Made by a program: the position numbers and the translations under genes. From Bdellovibrionales bacterium (GTDB lineage: Bacteria; Bdellovibrionota; Bdellovibrionia; Bdellovibrionales; UBA1609), in assembly GCA_027317865.1 (NCBI GenBank), contig DAHVQG010000001.1, positions 256,001-320,000 on the forward strand: a stretch of 64,000 bases of DNA. Reading direction: 5' to 3'. Positions within the stretch are counted from its first letter, which is position 1; each line of letters begins with the position of its first letter. Shown piece after piece: positions 30,086 through 38,486 of this stretch. The notes under the pieces were generated by a model that worked only from the letters and a program-made list of their open reading frames with translations, did not search any database and was not told where the DNA came from.

Positions 30086-30551
30086 AATCTGGTTGATCAT
30101 AATCATAATTCTAAGCACATCGGCGGCGTTTTCAAAATCGATTTGTAATCCAAACCTAAGCGCACTCGCTGGCGATCTTCAGCGCCTTGTTGATGTGACC
30201 CAGCTCAACGATTGTCAAATTGATTTAGTCGTACAGTTGGTCGGTAACGAGAGACAATACTCACTCTGCGCTCGCGATTTGTTTTTATGTTCGATCAACA
30301 AGGCTTATTGTCAGCCAAGGGCGTTTGTCTTCGACTTACCTAAGTCATGCCCGGTTGCAAGGTCGCTTCAAACGGCACGGTATCAAAGCTCATTCAAACA
30401 TCCGGGTGGAGTGTTAAACAGTTTTATCGAATTTCACGTTAACGCTCGTCACTCGATCATGGCGCTTCGATTTGGAGAGATGCAATTCAAGCCTTTTCAA
30501 TTGCGCCACTACGTCGATTGCACAGCGAACCCGACAGGAGAACCACAATGA
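30078..30551 (+). CDS. Exported Cys-rich hypothetical protein
   Basis: Overlaps upstream gene; signal peptide (AFS); 7 Cys in 157 aa. Confidence 0.75.
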   Translation: MTKIWLIIIIILSTSAAFSKSICNPNLSALAGDLQRLVDVTQLNDCQIDLVVQLVGNERQYSLCARDLFLCSINKAYCQPRAFVFDLPKSCPVARSLQTARYQSSFKHPGGVLNSFIEFHVNARHSIMALRFGEMQFKPFQLRHYVDCTANPTGEPQ

Positions 30552-30955
30552 GGAAAATATTTTGCATACTGCTATTACCACTAGCGCTTTCGGCCTGCGG
30601 TCGCTCAAACAATGGCAAAGTCGCTGTTCGAAAACCCTCGCCCACCGCTTGTGCATTTTCGCACGTTAGCCGCGCGACGTTGTCGGCCGCCATAGCGAGC
30701 GTCTATGCCGAAAGTAAAACCCAACTGTGGAGCACGAATGACTGCAATGCCAGAATTGCGGCAGCCTCAATGATATTTTTCAGATCTCTCATCAGTAGCG
30801 GATTATCTGTAGAAGGTACCATAAACGAAAAATCCGCAATGCCGATTACCAATCTTTTTGACTACGAATGCAACTTAGTAAAGCCATCAAATCAACTCGT
30901 AGATGAATTCCTGAAGTGTCAAGTAAACAGCGAATTAACCGGTGAGGGACAATGA
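30548..30955 (+). CDS. Hypothetical lipoprotein
   Basis: Start at ATG 30548 (ATGA overlap); MRKIFCILLLPLALSAC lipobox. Confidence 0.8.
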   Translation: MRKIFCILLLPLALSACGRSNNGKVAVRKPSPTACAFSHVSRATLSAAIASVYAESKTQLWSTNDCNARIAAASMIFFRSLISSGLSVEGTINEKSAMPITNLFDYECNLVKPSNQLVDEFLKCQVNSELTGEGQ

Positions 30956-31761
30956 AATACTCAATAATCGTATGCTGCGCCTTTTTGGCGGCACAAGCTC
31001 TTGCTGCGCCGGTAACCAACATGACTCAAATTGCAAGCAACCGGCAATCGGTGGCTTTGCAAGTGACAAACAGTCAGCGAACAGATGAACTTTGTGACGC
31101 TAAAGTCAACGTCGTCGTTTCGCAAGACGCATTTGACGACATCGCCGGAGAGTTTTCTGTAGTAACGCAACCGTTTTATTTAACTGCAGGTTCCAGTACA
31201 ACTATAAGTGGCATCGGGTATGCACAGTTAAAATTATACGGCCCAAAGCCTCCGCCGTGGATTTCGCGGGCAAATGCGCAGGTCGATTGCAAATCGGCAA
31301 GCTTTGCCGACTATTGCGATTACGCTCCGAAAAGCGCAAACGACAATTACACCATTCAGAAGATTCTTGATCGCGCCGGCAAGAACGATTGCGGCCTTGC
31401 CGAAAATGAAATCGGCAAGAATCTCGATCTGAGCGGTCAAAACATCGTGAGTTTGAAACCGGTCGGATTTTTAAAAGATCTTCGCTGGTTAAACTTAAGC
31501 AATAATAAAATTCAAGATCTGGGGCCGCTAAGGGGCCTAATGAATTTGCAGCGACTCAATGTGAGCTCAAATCCGATCGTCGACATTCGGCCTCTGCTTG
31601 AAATGGCGAGCATTCGATCTATCAAGGCAAACCGTACCGACGTTTGTTACGATCCGACATTGACTCGCGCGCCAAATCTCAAACGTGTCGAGTTAATAGA
31701 TACCCCATACGCAAAAAAGATAAAATGCGCGGTCGGAGATTTAGCCGGGAATTTGAAATGA
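30952..31761 (+). CDS. Exported leucine-rich-repeat (internalin-type) protein
   Basis: Signal peptide (ALA); LRRs LDLSGQNIVSL, LRWLNLSNNKIQDLGPL, LQRLNVSSNPIVDIRPL. Confidence 0.85.
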   Translation: MKYSIIVCCAFLAAQALAAPVTNMTQIASNRQSVALQVTNSQRTDELCDAKVNVVVSQDAFDDIAGEFSVVTQPFYLTAGSSTTISGIGYAQLKLYGPKPPPWISRANAQVDCKSASFADYCDYAPKSANDNYTIQKILDRAGKNDCGLAENEIGKNLDLSGQNIVSLKPVGFLKDLRWLNLSNNKIQDLGPLRGLMNLQRLNVSSNPIVDIRPLLEMASIRSIKANRTDVCYDPTLTRAPNLKRVELIDTPYAKKIKCAVGDLAGNLK

Positions 31762-32255
31762 AAGTTCTTCTAGCATTGATTTTAATTACATGTGTGGCTG
31801 CCCCAGCATGGGCCAAACTCAGCGTCTGTTTTTTAGGTGTCACGCCAGCCGCTCAAAATCAATCTTTCAAATCATTTCGCCAAGCCGTCTTTCTGAACGG
31901 CTACGGAGGACAGTTTTATGACACGGACGACTTGTCATGCCAAGAAGTTCATCAGATTGAAGACGGTATCGAAACTGTGGTCTTTTCGTTATCTGTCGGC
32001 GAAGCAGTTACAACAGCTTCGGGAATTGGGGTTCCCGTTTCAGCAGGGTTGGCAATTTCGGCAGCAGGGTTAAGTTACGCAAGTTTTTGGATTTCCGGCA
32101 TTAGGTGCGGCTCTGACAAAGTCAAACTTCAAGAGCAAATCAAAACCGCCGTATGTGACGCGTTCGCGGACAGTCCAAACGTCAGTTGTAATCCAGTTGA
32201 TATCCAGACGCAGAGCCAAAATCATTCAGTTCTCAGTTGCCAACAGGTTCCATAG
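31758..32255 (+). CDS. Exported hypothetical protein with internal Gly/Ala-rich hydrophobic hairpin
   Basis: Start ATG 31758 (ATGA overlap); signal peptide AWA; TTASGIGVPVSAGLAISAAGLSYASFWI segment. Confidence 0.75.
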   Translation: MKVLLALILITCVAAPAWAKLSVCFLGVTPAAQNQSFKSFRQAVFLNGYGGQFYDTDDLSCQEVHQIEDGIETVVFSLSVGEAVTTASGIGVPVSAGLAISAAGLSYASFWISGIRCGSDKVKLQEQIKTAVCDAFADSPNVSCNPVDIQTQSQNHSVLSCQQVP

Positions 32256-32331
32256 GCAGCGAAATTATTATCGTCAAATAAGTGCGACAAATACTCCACA
32301 GACATGCGGAGAGTGCCATAAGAGGTTCATA

Positions 32332-32520
32332 ATGAAAAGATCGACGACAAAGGGGTTTTTGTTTTCTCTTTGGATACTGATTGTTGGCCTTTTCCCAGTG
32401 TACTTGTGGCAAAAGGGCGAGCTGTCAAAAATAGCGGTTTACATTTTGTTTGGCGTCGTGTTGCTAGGCGCCATACCTATTGGTTTCAAATTACACAGAA
32501 TTGTTGAGTTTCATGATTAG
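32332..32520 (+). CDS. Small two-TM membrane protein
   Basis: RBS-like AGAGG then ATG 32332; 62 aa with two hydrophobic helices. Confidence 0.55.
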   Translation: MKRSTTKGFLFSLWILIVGLFPVYLWQKGELSKIAVYILFGVVLLGAIPIGFKLHRIVEFHD

Positions 32521-32574
32521 CGGCGCATGCGCCGCGTCTCTATGCAAAAGCATGCCAAGGAATTGAATCGGCAA

Positions 32575-32979
32575 TTAGGCCGCTTCAATTCTCAATGAAT
32601 AGGGGTGTTCAGGCAGTTGCACAATAATGCGATCGTAATTGAAGCTTAGCTTTGGAACAATGGCGCCACGTCCGCCTTTTTCTTTATTAAATTTTATGAA
32701 GCCACTTCTTTCAAGCATCTGACAATCTTTTTGAACTGCGGCCAAAGCACGATTGACCATTTTAGCAAGGTCATAAATTGATTTCGGTTCAGCATAGGCA
32801 ATCAGTCCCAAAAGTTCTAACTTTTGCAGCGTCATGAAGTTGCGAAATGATTGAGGAGTATCAAAGTAAATAGCATTCTTCGGCTGGATACTCTTTTTAC
32901 CCTTCACAGCTGTCATTAAATCAATTTTCAAATCACTTAGACCTTTAAACGACACAACCATCGCCTTATTAAGATTCAT
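32575..32979 (-). CDS. Winged-HTH antitoxin-like protein (HVO_A0114-like)
   Basis: MTLQKLELLGLI...PKSIYDLAKMVNR...VQKDCQMLE..G; overlaps upstream toxin-like gene. Confidence 0.8.
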   Translation of the reverse strand: MNLNKAMVVSFKGLSDLKIDLMTAVKGKKSIQPKNAIYFDTPQSFRNFMTLQKLELLGLIAYAEPKSIYDLAKMVNRALAAVQKDCQMLERSGFIKFNKEKGGRGAIVPKLSFNYDRIIVQLPEHPYSLRIEAA

Positions 32980-33283
32980 AATTCACCAACCTTTCAACCT
33001 CATTCAAAAATAATTCGATTGCCTCGTCGTAATTCGCAATCTCAATAGACGCTCTGTAATCGGGGTCATCCGGCAATCGTGTGTGCATGTGGTACCCAAA
33101 GGGCGCATGGTTATCTAGAACCAAAATCGGAACTCCATATTCTTAATCTACCAGTGTGCACCGAACTTTAAGCCCATCCGGAAACTTCTTAGTCTTAGTC
33201 ACCCGAAAAACTTTAATGTAGGCGACGAATCTCCCATCTTTAATATTGAGCATTTGGTCAACTACAACTTCAGCCTTCGGCAT
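32969..33283 (-). pseudogene. DUF6516/TumE-like toxin gene with in-frame premature stop
   Basis: MPKAEVVVDQ...KKFPDGLKVRCTLVD*EYGVPILVLDNHAPFGYHMH...; TAA at 33143-33145 (codon 47), frame continues to TAA 32969. Confidence 0.75.
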
Positions 33284-33361
33284 CTATATACATTATATGA
33301 TAGTATATTGAAAAGCAAGATATTTGAACGACAGGAAGGCCGGAGCACATGCTTTGACTGT

Positions 33362-33384
33362 TGTGGCAAAGTGGGGCAAAAAAT
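33362..33384. repeat. Integrase arm-type repeat copy 1 (degenerate)
   Basis: TGTGGCAAAGTGGGGCAAAAAAT, similar to 34445-34464 and the reverse complement of 44521-44543. Confidence 0.6.
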
Positions 33385-33422
33385 CAGTCGGCAATTATGT
33401 GGCTTCAATCCGGGCCTCTCGA

Positions 33423-33974
33423 TCACGAGCGCGTCTTATCTTTTCGCGACCGCTTAAGCTCGGCAACAAACTCGTTAAACTTGTCAGTTTCACCCTCAGA
33501 CTCAGCCCATTTCTTAATGGCAGATAGTTTTACATTCTGTGCCTCTGCAATCCAAACCGCCTGATCGAGACCTTGGCGATCATTCCAAAAGAAGAAAGCA
33601 CATAGCCGATCCATTACGGCTTGAGTGGGCGATAAAAGTCTCAGCTTGTTGCCCTTTATGTTTATTTGACTGCCGGGTTTAATGATTGTGCCACCAACAG
33701 CGAGTGGTCCCGATGGGAACTCAACATAGAACTTTGAATCGGGATGAATAAAGTCTTTTCCGCTCTTTTTAAATCCCAAATTTGTCATTGCGATTTCAAT
33801 CTGTTTGCTTTCTTGTGGACTGATAAAGTCGGCATCAAGCGACTGGTACATATTTTTCGTGTAGATCGAAACTACGGCGCCTCCGGTAAGCGTCGTTTCA
33901 ATACCATGTTTTAGGAGGTTCGTTGCAACGAGTGCCGCAAATTCTCCTATTGTTAGCTTAGGTGAGATTTTCAT
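33423..33974 (-). CDS. Nucleotidyltransferase-fold protein (putative toxin)
   Basis: LTGGAVVSIY...SLDADF = GG...DxD Pol-beta superfamily motif. Confidence 0.7.
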   Translation of the reverse strand: MKISPKLTIGEFAALVATNLLKHGIETTLTGGAVVSIYTKNMYQSLDADFISPQESKQIEIAMTNLGFKKSGKDFIHPDSKFYVEFPSGPLAVGGTIIKPGSQINIKGNKLRLLSPTQAVMDRLCAFFFWNDRQGLDQAVWIAEAQNVKLSAIKKWAESEGETDKFNEFVAELKRSRKDKTRS

Positions 33975-34300
33975 AACTTTTTACCGGTACGGCGCGGGCG
34001 ACGGCGTTGCCGATAGTATTTTTCAATTTCATGGCGCGGCAATAGTGAAAGAACCCGATTCGTAAGCGCGAGAAGTTCAGATTTAAACGGGCATCTTGGA
34101 TTAAATTGAAAAACGCGGGCATTTGCCTTCGACTGGGCAACAACAATTCCACCGTTTTCTAGACGCATAAGCTGTTTACGGACCTGCGATTTCGGCAGAT
34201 GAAACGTCTCGGCGATTCCTGAGATGTAACCTTCACCATAACTCGTTAGGTAGAGTAGGACCTTTTCAGACGTTGAGTTGCCCACTAGACTTTCGAGCAT
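33971..34300 (-). CDS. Winged helix-turn-helix protein (putative antitoxin/regulator)
   Basis: EKVLLYL...GYISGIAETF...VRKQLMRLENGGIVV; ATGA coupling to NTase gene. Confidence 0.8.
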   Translation of the reverse strand: MLESLVGNSTSEKVLLYLTSYGEGYISGIAETFHLPKSQVRKQLMRLENGGIVVAQSKANARVFQFNPRCPFKSELLALTNRVLSLLPRHEIEKYYRQRRRPRRTGKKL

Positions 34301-34320
34301 ATTTTACTCCTTTTTAATCA

Positions 34321-34341
34321 TTGTACTATAAAATAGTACAA
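34321..34341. promoter_or_regulatory. Palindromic operator upstream of wHTH-NTase pair
   Basis: TTGTACTAT-AAA-ATAGTACAA perfect inverted repeat; extra half-site AAAATAGTAC downstream. Confidence 0.6.
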
Positions 34342-34444
34342 ATGATCTACAAAATAGTACGAGCCTCGATTATTTACTCCGCCATCTTCGCGTGATTGAT
34401 GGAGCATAAACAGCTGGGGGTGTGAGTGGAATTGAGCCGAATCT

Positions 34445-34464
34445 GTGGCAAAAGTGTGGCAAAA
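34445..34464. repeat. Integrase arm-type repeat copy 2
   Basis: GTGGCAAAAGTGTGGCAAAA, exact reverse complement of 44524-44543; extra inverted TTTTTGCCACA nearby. Confidence 0.7.
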
Positions 34465-34655
34465 CTTAAATTGGCTTATAAGTTTTTGCCACAGAGTTGT
34501 GCGTAGGTCAGAGCCAACTTCATGAAATAAAAAATGATTTGCGCGCGCGAAACTGGAGCCGCTTTGGGCTTTTTCACGAAATCACGTAGTTAGATATTGC
34601 GAGTAGGTTAAGGCAACTTACGACGTCAAATCGAATAAACCGCGTGGGTTTACGG

Positions 34656-34883
34656 TCACGCCGACCGCTTTTTCCAGTTCGTATGCGGTTTCAAACCCTC
34701 TTCTTTGCAATAACGCAAAAACATATTCATGAGAGTTTGATAGGGGAGACCTTCCTTATCGCTTAACGCCTTAAAATACTCAATCACGTCTTCGTCAAAG
34801 CGAATCGTAACCGGTTTCTTAAGAAGCTTAAGGTAAGGGTTAGGTTCCCAGTTCAGTTTCTTGAGATCGTAATTCTTTTTCAT
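34656..34883 (-). CDS. brnA: BrnA antitoxin family protein
   Basis: KKPVTIRFDEDVIEYFK...PYQTLMN. Confidence 0.9.
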   Translation of the reverse strand: MKKNYDLKKLNWEPNPYLKLLKKPVTIRFDEDVIEYFKALSDKEGLPYQTLMNMFLRYCKEEGLKPHTNWKKRSA

Positions 34884-35161
34884 AAACCATCCTCATACTG
34901 TTTTCGCTCTGAGGGGGTTAACTTTCTTGCGCTGATAATTCGTATCAGCTCGTCCTCTCGACAAAAACAATGAACGACTAATAGCGCCCTGTGCTTTGAG
35001 CTGTGTCCTATCGCCAAATATCGATCCTCTGCTTTTGAATGCTCGGGATCAGGGGCGACCAGAGTTAGCGGATCAAAAAACACAGTCTGGGCTTCCTCGA
35101 ATGAGACGCCGTGTTTACGAATATTAGTCTGATTCTTCTTTTCGTCCCACTCGAACTGCAC
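34880..35161 (-). CDS. brnT: BrnT ribonuclease toxin
   Basis: FEWDEKKNQTNIRKHGVSFEEA...EDR...IRIISARK. Confidence 0.93.
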   Translation of the reverse strand: MQFEWDEKKNQTNIRKHGVSFEEAQTVFFDPLTLVAPDPEHSKAEDRYLAIGHSSKHRALLVVHCFCREDELIRIISARKLTPSERKQYEDGL

Positions 35162-35170
35162 ACAATCTAT

Positions 35171-35191
35171 TGTACATATATTTTATGTACA
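35171..35191. promoter_or_regulatory. Palindromic operator of brnTA
   Basis: TGTACATA-TATTT-TATGTACA immediately upstream of brnT. Confidence 0.6.
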
Positions 35192-35246
35192 GTCAAGATT
35201 TTGTTATCAGCTCGACGGGATGTCTTATTTATGAGACACTGCATTT

Positions 35247-35531
35247 ATGAAAAGAAAAAGCACTTCTCAAGAAATCGCAGAGCTTGTTGGAGTTTCGCAC
35301 AGCCGAGGTGTTGAGGCCGTTTTAAAGGCCCAACTGATCACGGCCGTGATTAAAGAAGTCGAAACTCAACATCTCACGCATGCAGAACTGGCCAAGCGTT
35401 CGAAGCTACCCCGATCTGCCGTTACCGGAATCATCTCGGGGAGCCTTCAAAAGGTGACCATCGATCGCATCCTCAAGCTTGTCGATGCGGTTGGGTTAGT
35501 CCCACGCGTCAAGTTGACGAAAGTCGCCTAA
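35247..35531 (+). CDS. XRE-family HTH protein (HigA-like, no cognate toxin seen)
   Basis: LTHAELAKRSKLPRSAVTGIISG...TIDRIL. Confidence 0.8.
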   Translation: MKRKSTSQEIAELVGVSHSRGVEAVLKAQLITAVIKEVETQHLTHAELAKRSKLPRSAVTGIISGSLQKVTIDRILKLVDAVGLVPRVKLTKVA

Positions 35532-35561
35532 GCCGCAAATTTGCCTGCGCCTGAAAGTCGC

Positions 35562-36713
35562 CTAAGACTTTCGCTCCGCAATCGGGATGATATCTGCCTC
35601 GCTGTCTTGCGGCACCACGAGTTTGAGCCCGTCGGTTTGGCCTCGCATGTTGATGCCGGCCGAACGAAAGTACAAATCGGTGGTGCTAAGCTTTGCATGT
35701 CCCACGTTTTCTTTGACGACCCCGAGCGGGATTCCATCGACAAGTGCTAGCGTAATATGCGTTGCCCGCAGTTGGTGATGGGTGACCTCTTTGATTCCGA
35801 TCTCTCGACAGAACTCGCGAAGTACTCCGGCTTGATATCCCTTCTTCCAGCTGTCGCATTCGACCTCGATGACGAATTCGGTTTTTGCTTTCAGCTTCAT
35901 CTCTATCAAAACCGGGATGATGTGCGCGGGTATTGCAACCACGCGCTCTTCGCGATCTTTGAGAAATGGCACCAAGCCTTCGCCTGGAATAAACTGCCGT
36001 TGCAAATAGACAAGGTGCTGATCGAAATCAACGTCGGTCCATTTGAGTCCGGCGAGCTCACTTCGTCGTAAGCCAAGAGCGAGCGTGATCAGCCAAATGT
36101 AATAATACGGATGGCCTCGACGTTTCGCTTCGGCAACGAGCTTGTTGGCTTCGTCATGGGTGAGTGCCTCTTTGCGTTTCTTCGGCATTCGTCGCTCTTT
36201 CATTCCGGCAAACGGGTTTGATTTGATCGCACCCATTTGCAAAGCGAAAGAGAACATGCACTTAACCTCTTTGAGCACTTTATTCGAATGACTTCGACTG
36301 TGCCCTTCGCGTTCGAGCTTATCGAGATGCTCGTTCACGAATAGGGGAGTGATCAACTCGATGTGCACGTCATCCCACATTCGGGTCTGCCTGAGTATCG
36401 CCCATTTGGTTTCAATGGTGCCAGGACTAAACCCAAGTGGGTTTTCTGCCGAGCGAACTTTGCTGTCGAGATAGCCGATGTATTTATCAAGCAACTCGAC
36501 CCATTTTTTCAGGCTCGCTCCATCGGGACGCTCTTCGCGGCACATGCTCCAAAGCTCTTTATAAAGTAATTGAGCTTTTGCTAGTGACGGAACATTCAGT
36601 CGTTTCTTTTGGACTCGTTTGCCGGTGTATCGGTTGATGGCATCTGCCGTGACTCTGTAGACCGTTTTCTTAACACCGGGTTCAACTTCTTTTTCGTATG
36701 GAGTTATTGCCAT
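35562..36713 (-). CDS. Tyrosine recombinase/integrase
   Basis: GLRRSEL (R), LKDRE (K), HQLRAT (HxxR), VGHAKLSTTDLY (H,Y). Confidence 0.93.
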   Translation of the reverse strand: MAITPYEKEVEPGVKKTVYRVTADAINRYTGKRVQKKRLNVPSLAKAQLLYKELWSMCREERPDGASLKKWVELLDKYIGYLDSKVRSAENPLGFSPGTIETKWAILRQTRMWDDVHIELITPLFVNEHLDKLEREGHSRSHSNKVLKEVKCMFSFALQMGAIKSNPFAGMKERRMPKKRKEALTHDEANKLVAEAKRRGHPYYYIWLITLALGLRRSELAGLKWTDVDFDQHLVYLQRQFIPGEGLVPFLKDREERVVAIPAHIIPVLIEMKLKAKTEFVIEVECDSWKKGYQAGVLREFCREIGIKEVTHHQLRATHITLALVDGIPLGVVKENVGHAKLSTTDLYFRSAGINMRGQTDGLKLVVPQDSEADIIPIAERKS

Positions 36714-36979
36714 ACATGACCTCCTTTAATTAGAAGGCCGAGTTCGCTTGCTTTAAATCGCAAACTCTTGCCAAGAAGTTTGTAGGCTTTCACTTTGCCC
36801 TGGTACACCCAATTTCGTAATTGCTTGGGTGACGTCCTTAAATATTCCGCCGCTTCCTTTGTTGTTAATAATATCTCTAAACTACTGATTCGGTTTTCAA
36901 AGAGCTGACTAACTTGATTCGTATTTATAGCTGACTGAGTAGGACATACAAACATTTTTGTAGTTCCTGTCCGCTTCAT
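36704..36979 (-). CDS. Excisionase-like HTH DNA-binding protein
   Basis: LLTTKEAAEYLRTSPKQLRNWVYQGKV...LRF; overlaps integrase start. Confidence 0.85.
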   Translation of the reverse strand: MKRTGTTKMFVCPTQSAINTNQVSQLFENRISSLEILLTTKEAAEYLRTSPKQLRNWVYQGKVKAYKLLGKSLRFKASELGLLIKGGHVWQ

Positions 36980-37003
36980 TTTTTTGATTCCTTTTTATTT
37001 TTC

Positions 37004-37134
37004 TTCCCGCCCTTTGCCGCTTGCCCCGTCTACGTGACCCCTTTCCACCGGTGCATACCATGCAACATTACTTTAGTAATGTAGGGGGAGAGGGGTCACG
37101 TAGCTTTAGAGGGGCAAAAGGCAAAGGGCGGGAA
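37004..37134. repeat. Long branched inverted repeat between xis and Replic_Relax gene
   Basis: TTCCCGCCCTTTGCC/GGCAAAGGGCGGGAA, TTGCCCC/GGGGCAA, CTACGTGACCCCT/AGGGGTCACGTAG stems; inner hairpins TGCAT-ACC-ATGCA and ACATTAC-TTTA-GTAATGT. Confidence 0.85.
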
Positions 37135-37182
37135 TTAGTTAAACATCTAAACTTCTTTTACTTTTTTTGTAGCCGAGTCGAT

Positions 37183-38091
37183 TTACGCGTTTTGTAATTG
37201 TGGAGCGCCAGGGTACCCGACATCAAAGTTGGCATCCCGACGTTCTAGTGGCGAAAAGGTCAAAAGCGTATTCATCCAGTGGATAATCTTAACCTCTTTG
37301 TTTGCCGCATTTCGGAGGTTAAGATTTGGTTTTAATGAGTAAAGATCACCCTCGTGAAATAGCATAAAGTTATGGCCGTAGTTATTAATCCGATCCGCTC
37401 TTGGCATTACACGTTTTGTGTAAAGCTGCTTTAAGCGGTCGGCTACGCCGTCAACATCACAGAGCCAAATCACTCCATCAACATCAGATGAGCAGCTAAA
37501 TTTTTTGAGTTCTTCTATTGTGCGCTCGTCTGACTTTGCATATTCCTCGACGTTGATGGCTAATGAGATGTGTCCCTTGCCGCTATTACTGGGTTGAATA
37601 AGGAATATGTCAGGCAGTAGGTATGGCGGATCATTATGGGCTTGTAGCAGCTCACTTGCTAGCGGCAGGCGGCGTATTTGAAACTTTCTGACGGCAATAC
37701 TATTCGGAAATAGCCGTTCAAAATGATTGGCCCAAACGGCACAAGTTTCTAGGTGAAGCAGGTTAACTGGACGAACTGGCGGCTCAAAATTAGTTTTCGG
37801 GTGCTGGCCTATTACGAGCGCGACATCCGGCCAATACTTTTCAAGCTTCGTGATTCGGTAAAAGACAGCGGCACCACGAAACATACGATCATAAAATCTT
37901 TCGATAAGCCGTCTTTTATAAAGTCGCGTGATTGCTATCTGAAGCCTTCGCCTTTCAATCTTTGGCTCCATCATAGCCGTGAGTCCACGAACTGACAGTG
38001 GGCCATGTCGATTGAGTAACTTTAGTATTTGTGGAGCTCGTCCATGCGGGCGGTTCGCGCAACGCGGACGATCGGGTGCCTTTTCACACAT
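37183..38091 (-). CDS. Replication-relaxation (Replic_Relax)-like protein: wHTH + PD-(D/E)xK-like domain
   Basis: N-terminal wHTH; LLHLETCA...LLPDIFLI...LAINVEEYAKS pattern. Confidence 0.6.
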   Translation of the reverse strand: MCEKAPDRPRCANRPHGRAPQILKLLNRHGPLSVRGLTAMMEPKIERRRLQIAITRLYKRRLIERFYDRMFRGAAVFYRITKLEKYWPDVALVIGQHPKTNFEPPVRPVNLLHLETCAVWANHFERLFPNSIAVRKFQIRRLPLASELLQAHNDPPYLLPDIFLIQPSNSGKGHISLAINVEEYAKSDERTIEELKKFSCSSDVDGVIWLCDVDGVADRLKQLYTKRVMPRADRINNYGHNFMLFHEGDLYSLKPNLNLRNAANKEVKIIHWMNTLLTFSPLERRDANFDVGYPGAPQLQNA

Positions 38092-38448
38092 TGTGTGATC
38101 TCCTTTCTTTTAGTTTTGAAAAAGCAGAGTCAGCTAAAAAGTAACGAGGTAGAGCCGTTGATCAATTCATCAACAAATTGCGTGCCAGCGGGTTAAGCGT
38201 GCGAGCGAGCCGTAATTCGCATCTTATTGTTCGAAAAAGTAAAAAAGTTTTTACATGTAAAAAAATTTTTTTTACCCGCACCGCGGCGAGGGAACTAGTT
38301 ACCTCCTTTTGCCAGCGTGAGTATTTGCACGCCATTGCATGTCCTCTCACCTTTTAAAATTGCAAGATTGGGGTGCCGGTTTGCCAACTTATTGTCCGAG
38401 GCTAACTAATTGTGATTTATGAGAAAGTTCATTTTTGAAACACGCGAC

Positions 38449-38486
38449 GTTTCAGATTTGAAACAAAACCGTTTCAAATCTGAAAC
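38449..38486. repeat. Perfect 16-bp inverted repeat
   Basis: GTTTCAGATTTGAAAC-AAAACC-GTTTCAAATCTGAAAC. Confidence 0.8.

Noticed and set aside
32543-32557. Sigma54-like TGGCATGCTTTTGCA on the minus strand
   Set aside because: GG-GC spacing is 9 rather than 10, and it points antisense into the operon
35562-38091. Prophage
   Set aside because: Integrase and excisionase are present but no terminase, capsid, tail or lysis genes
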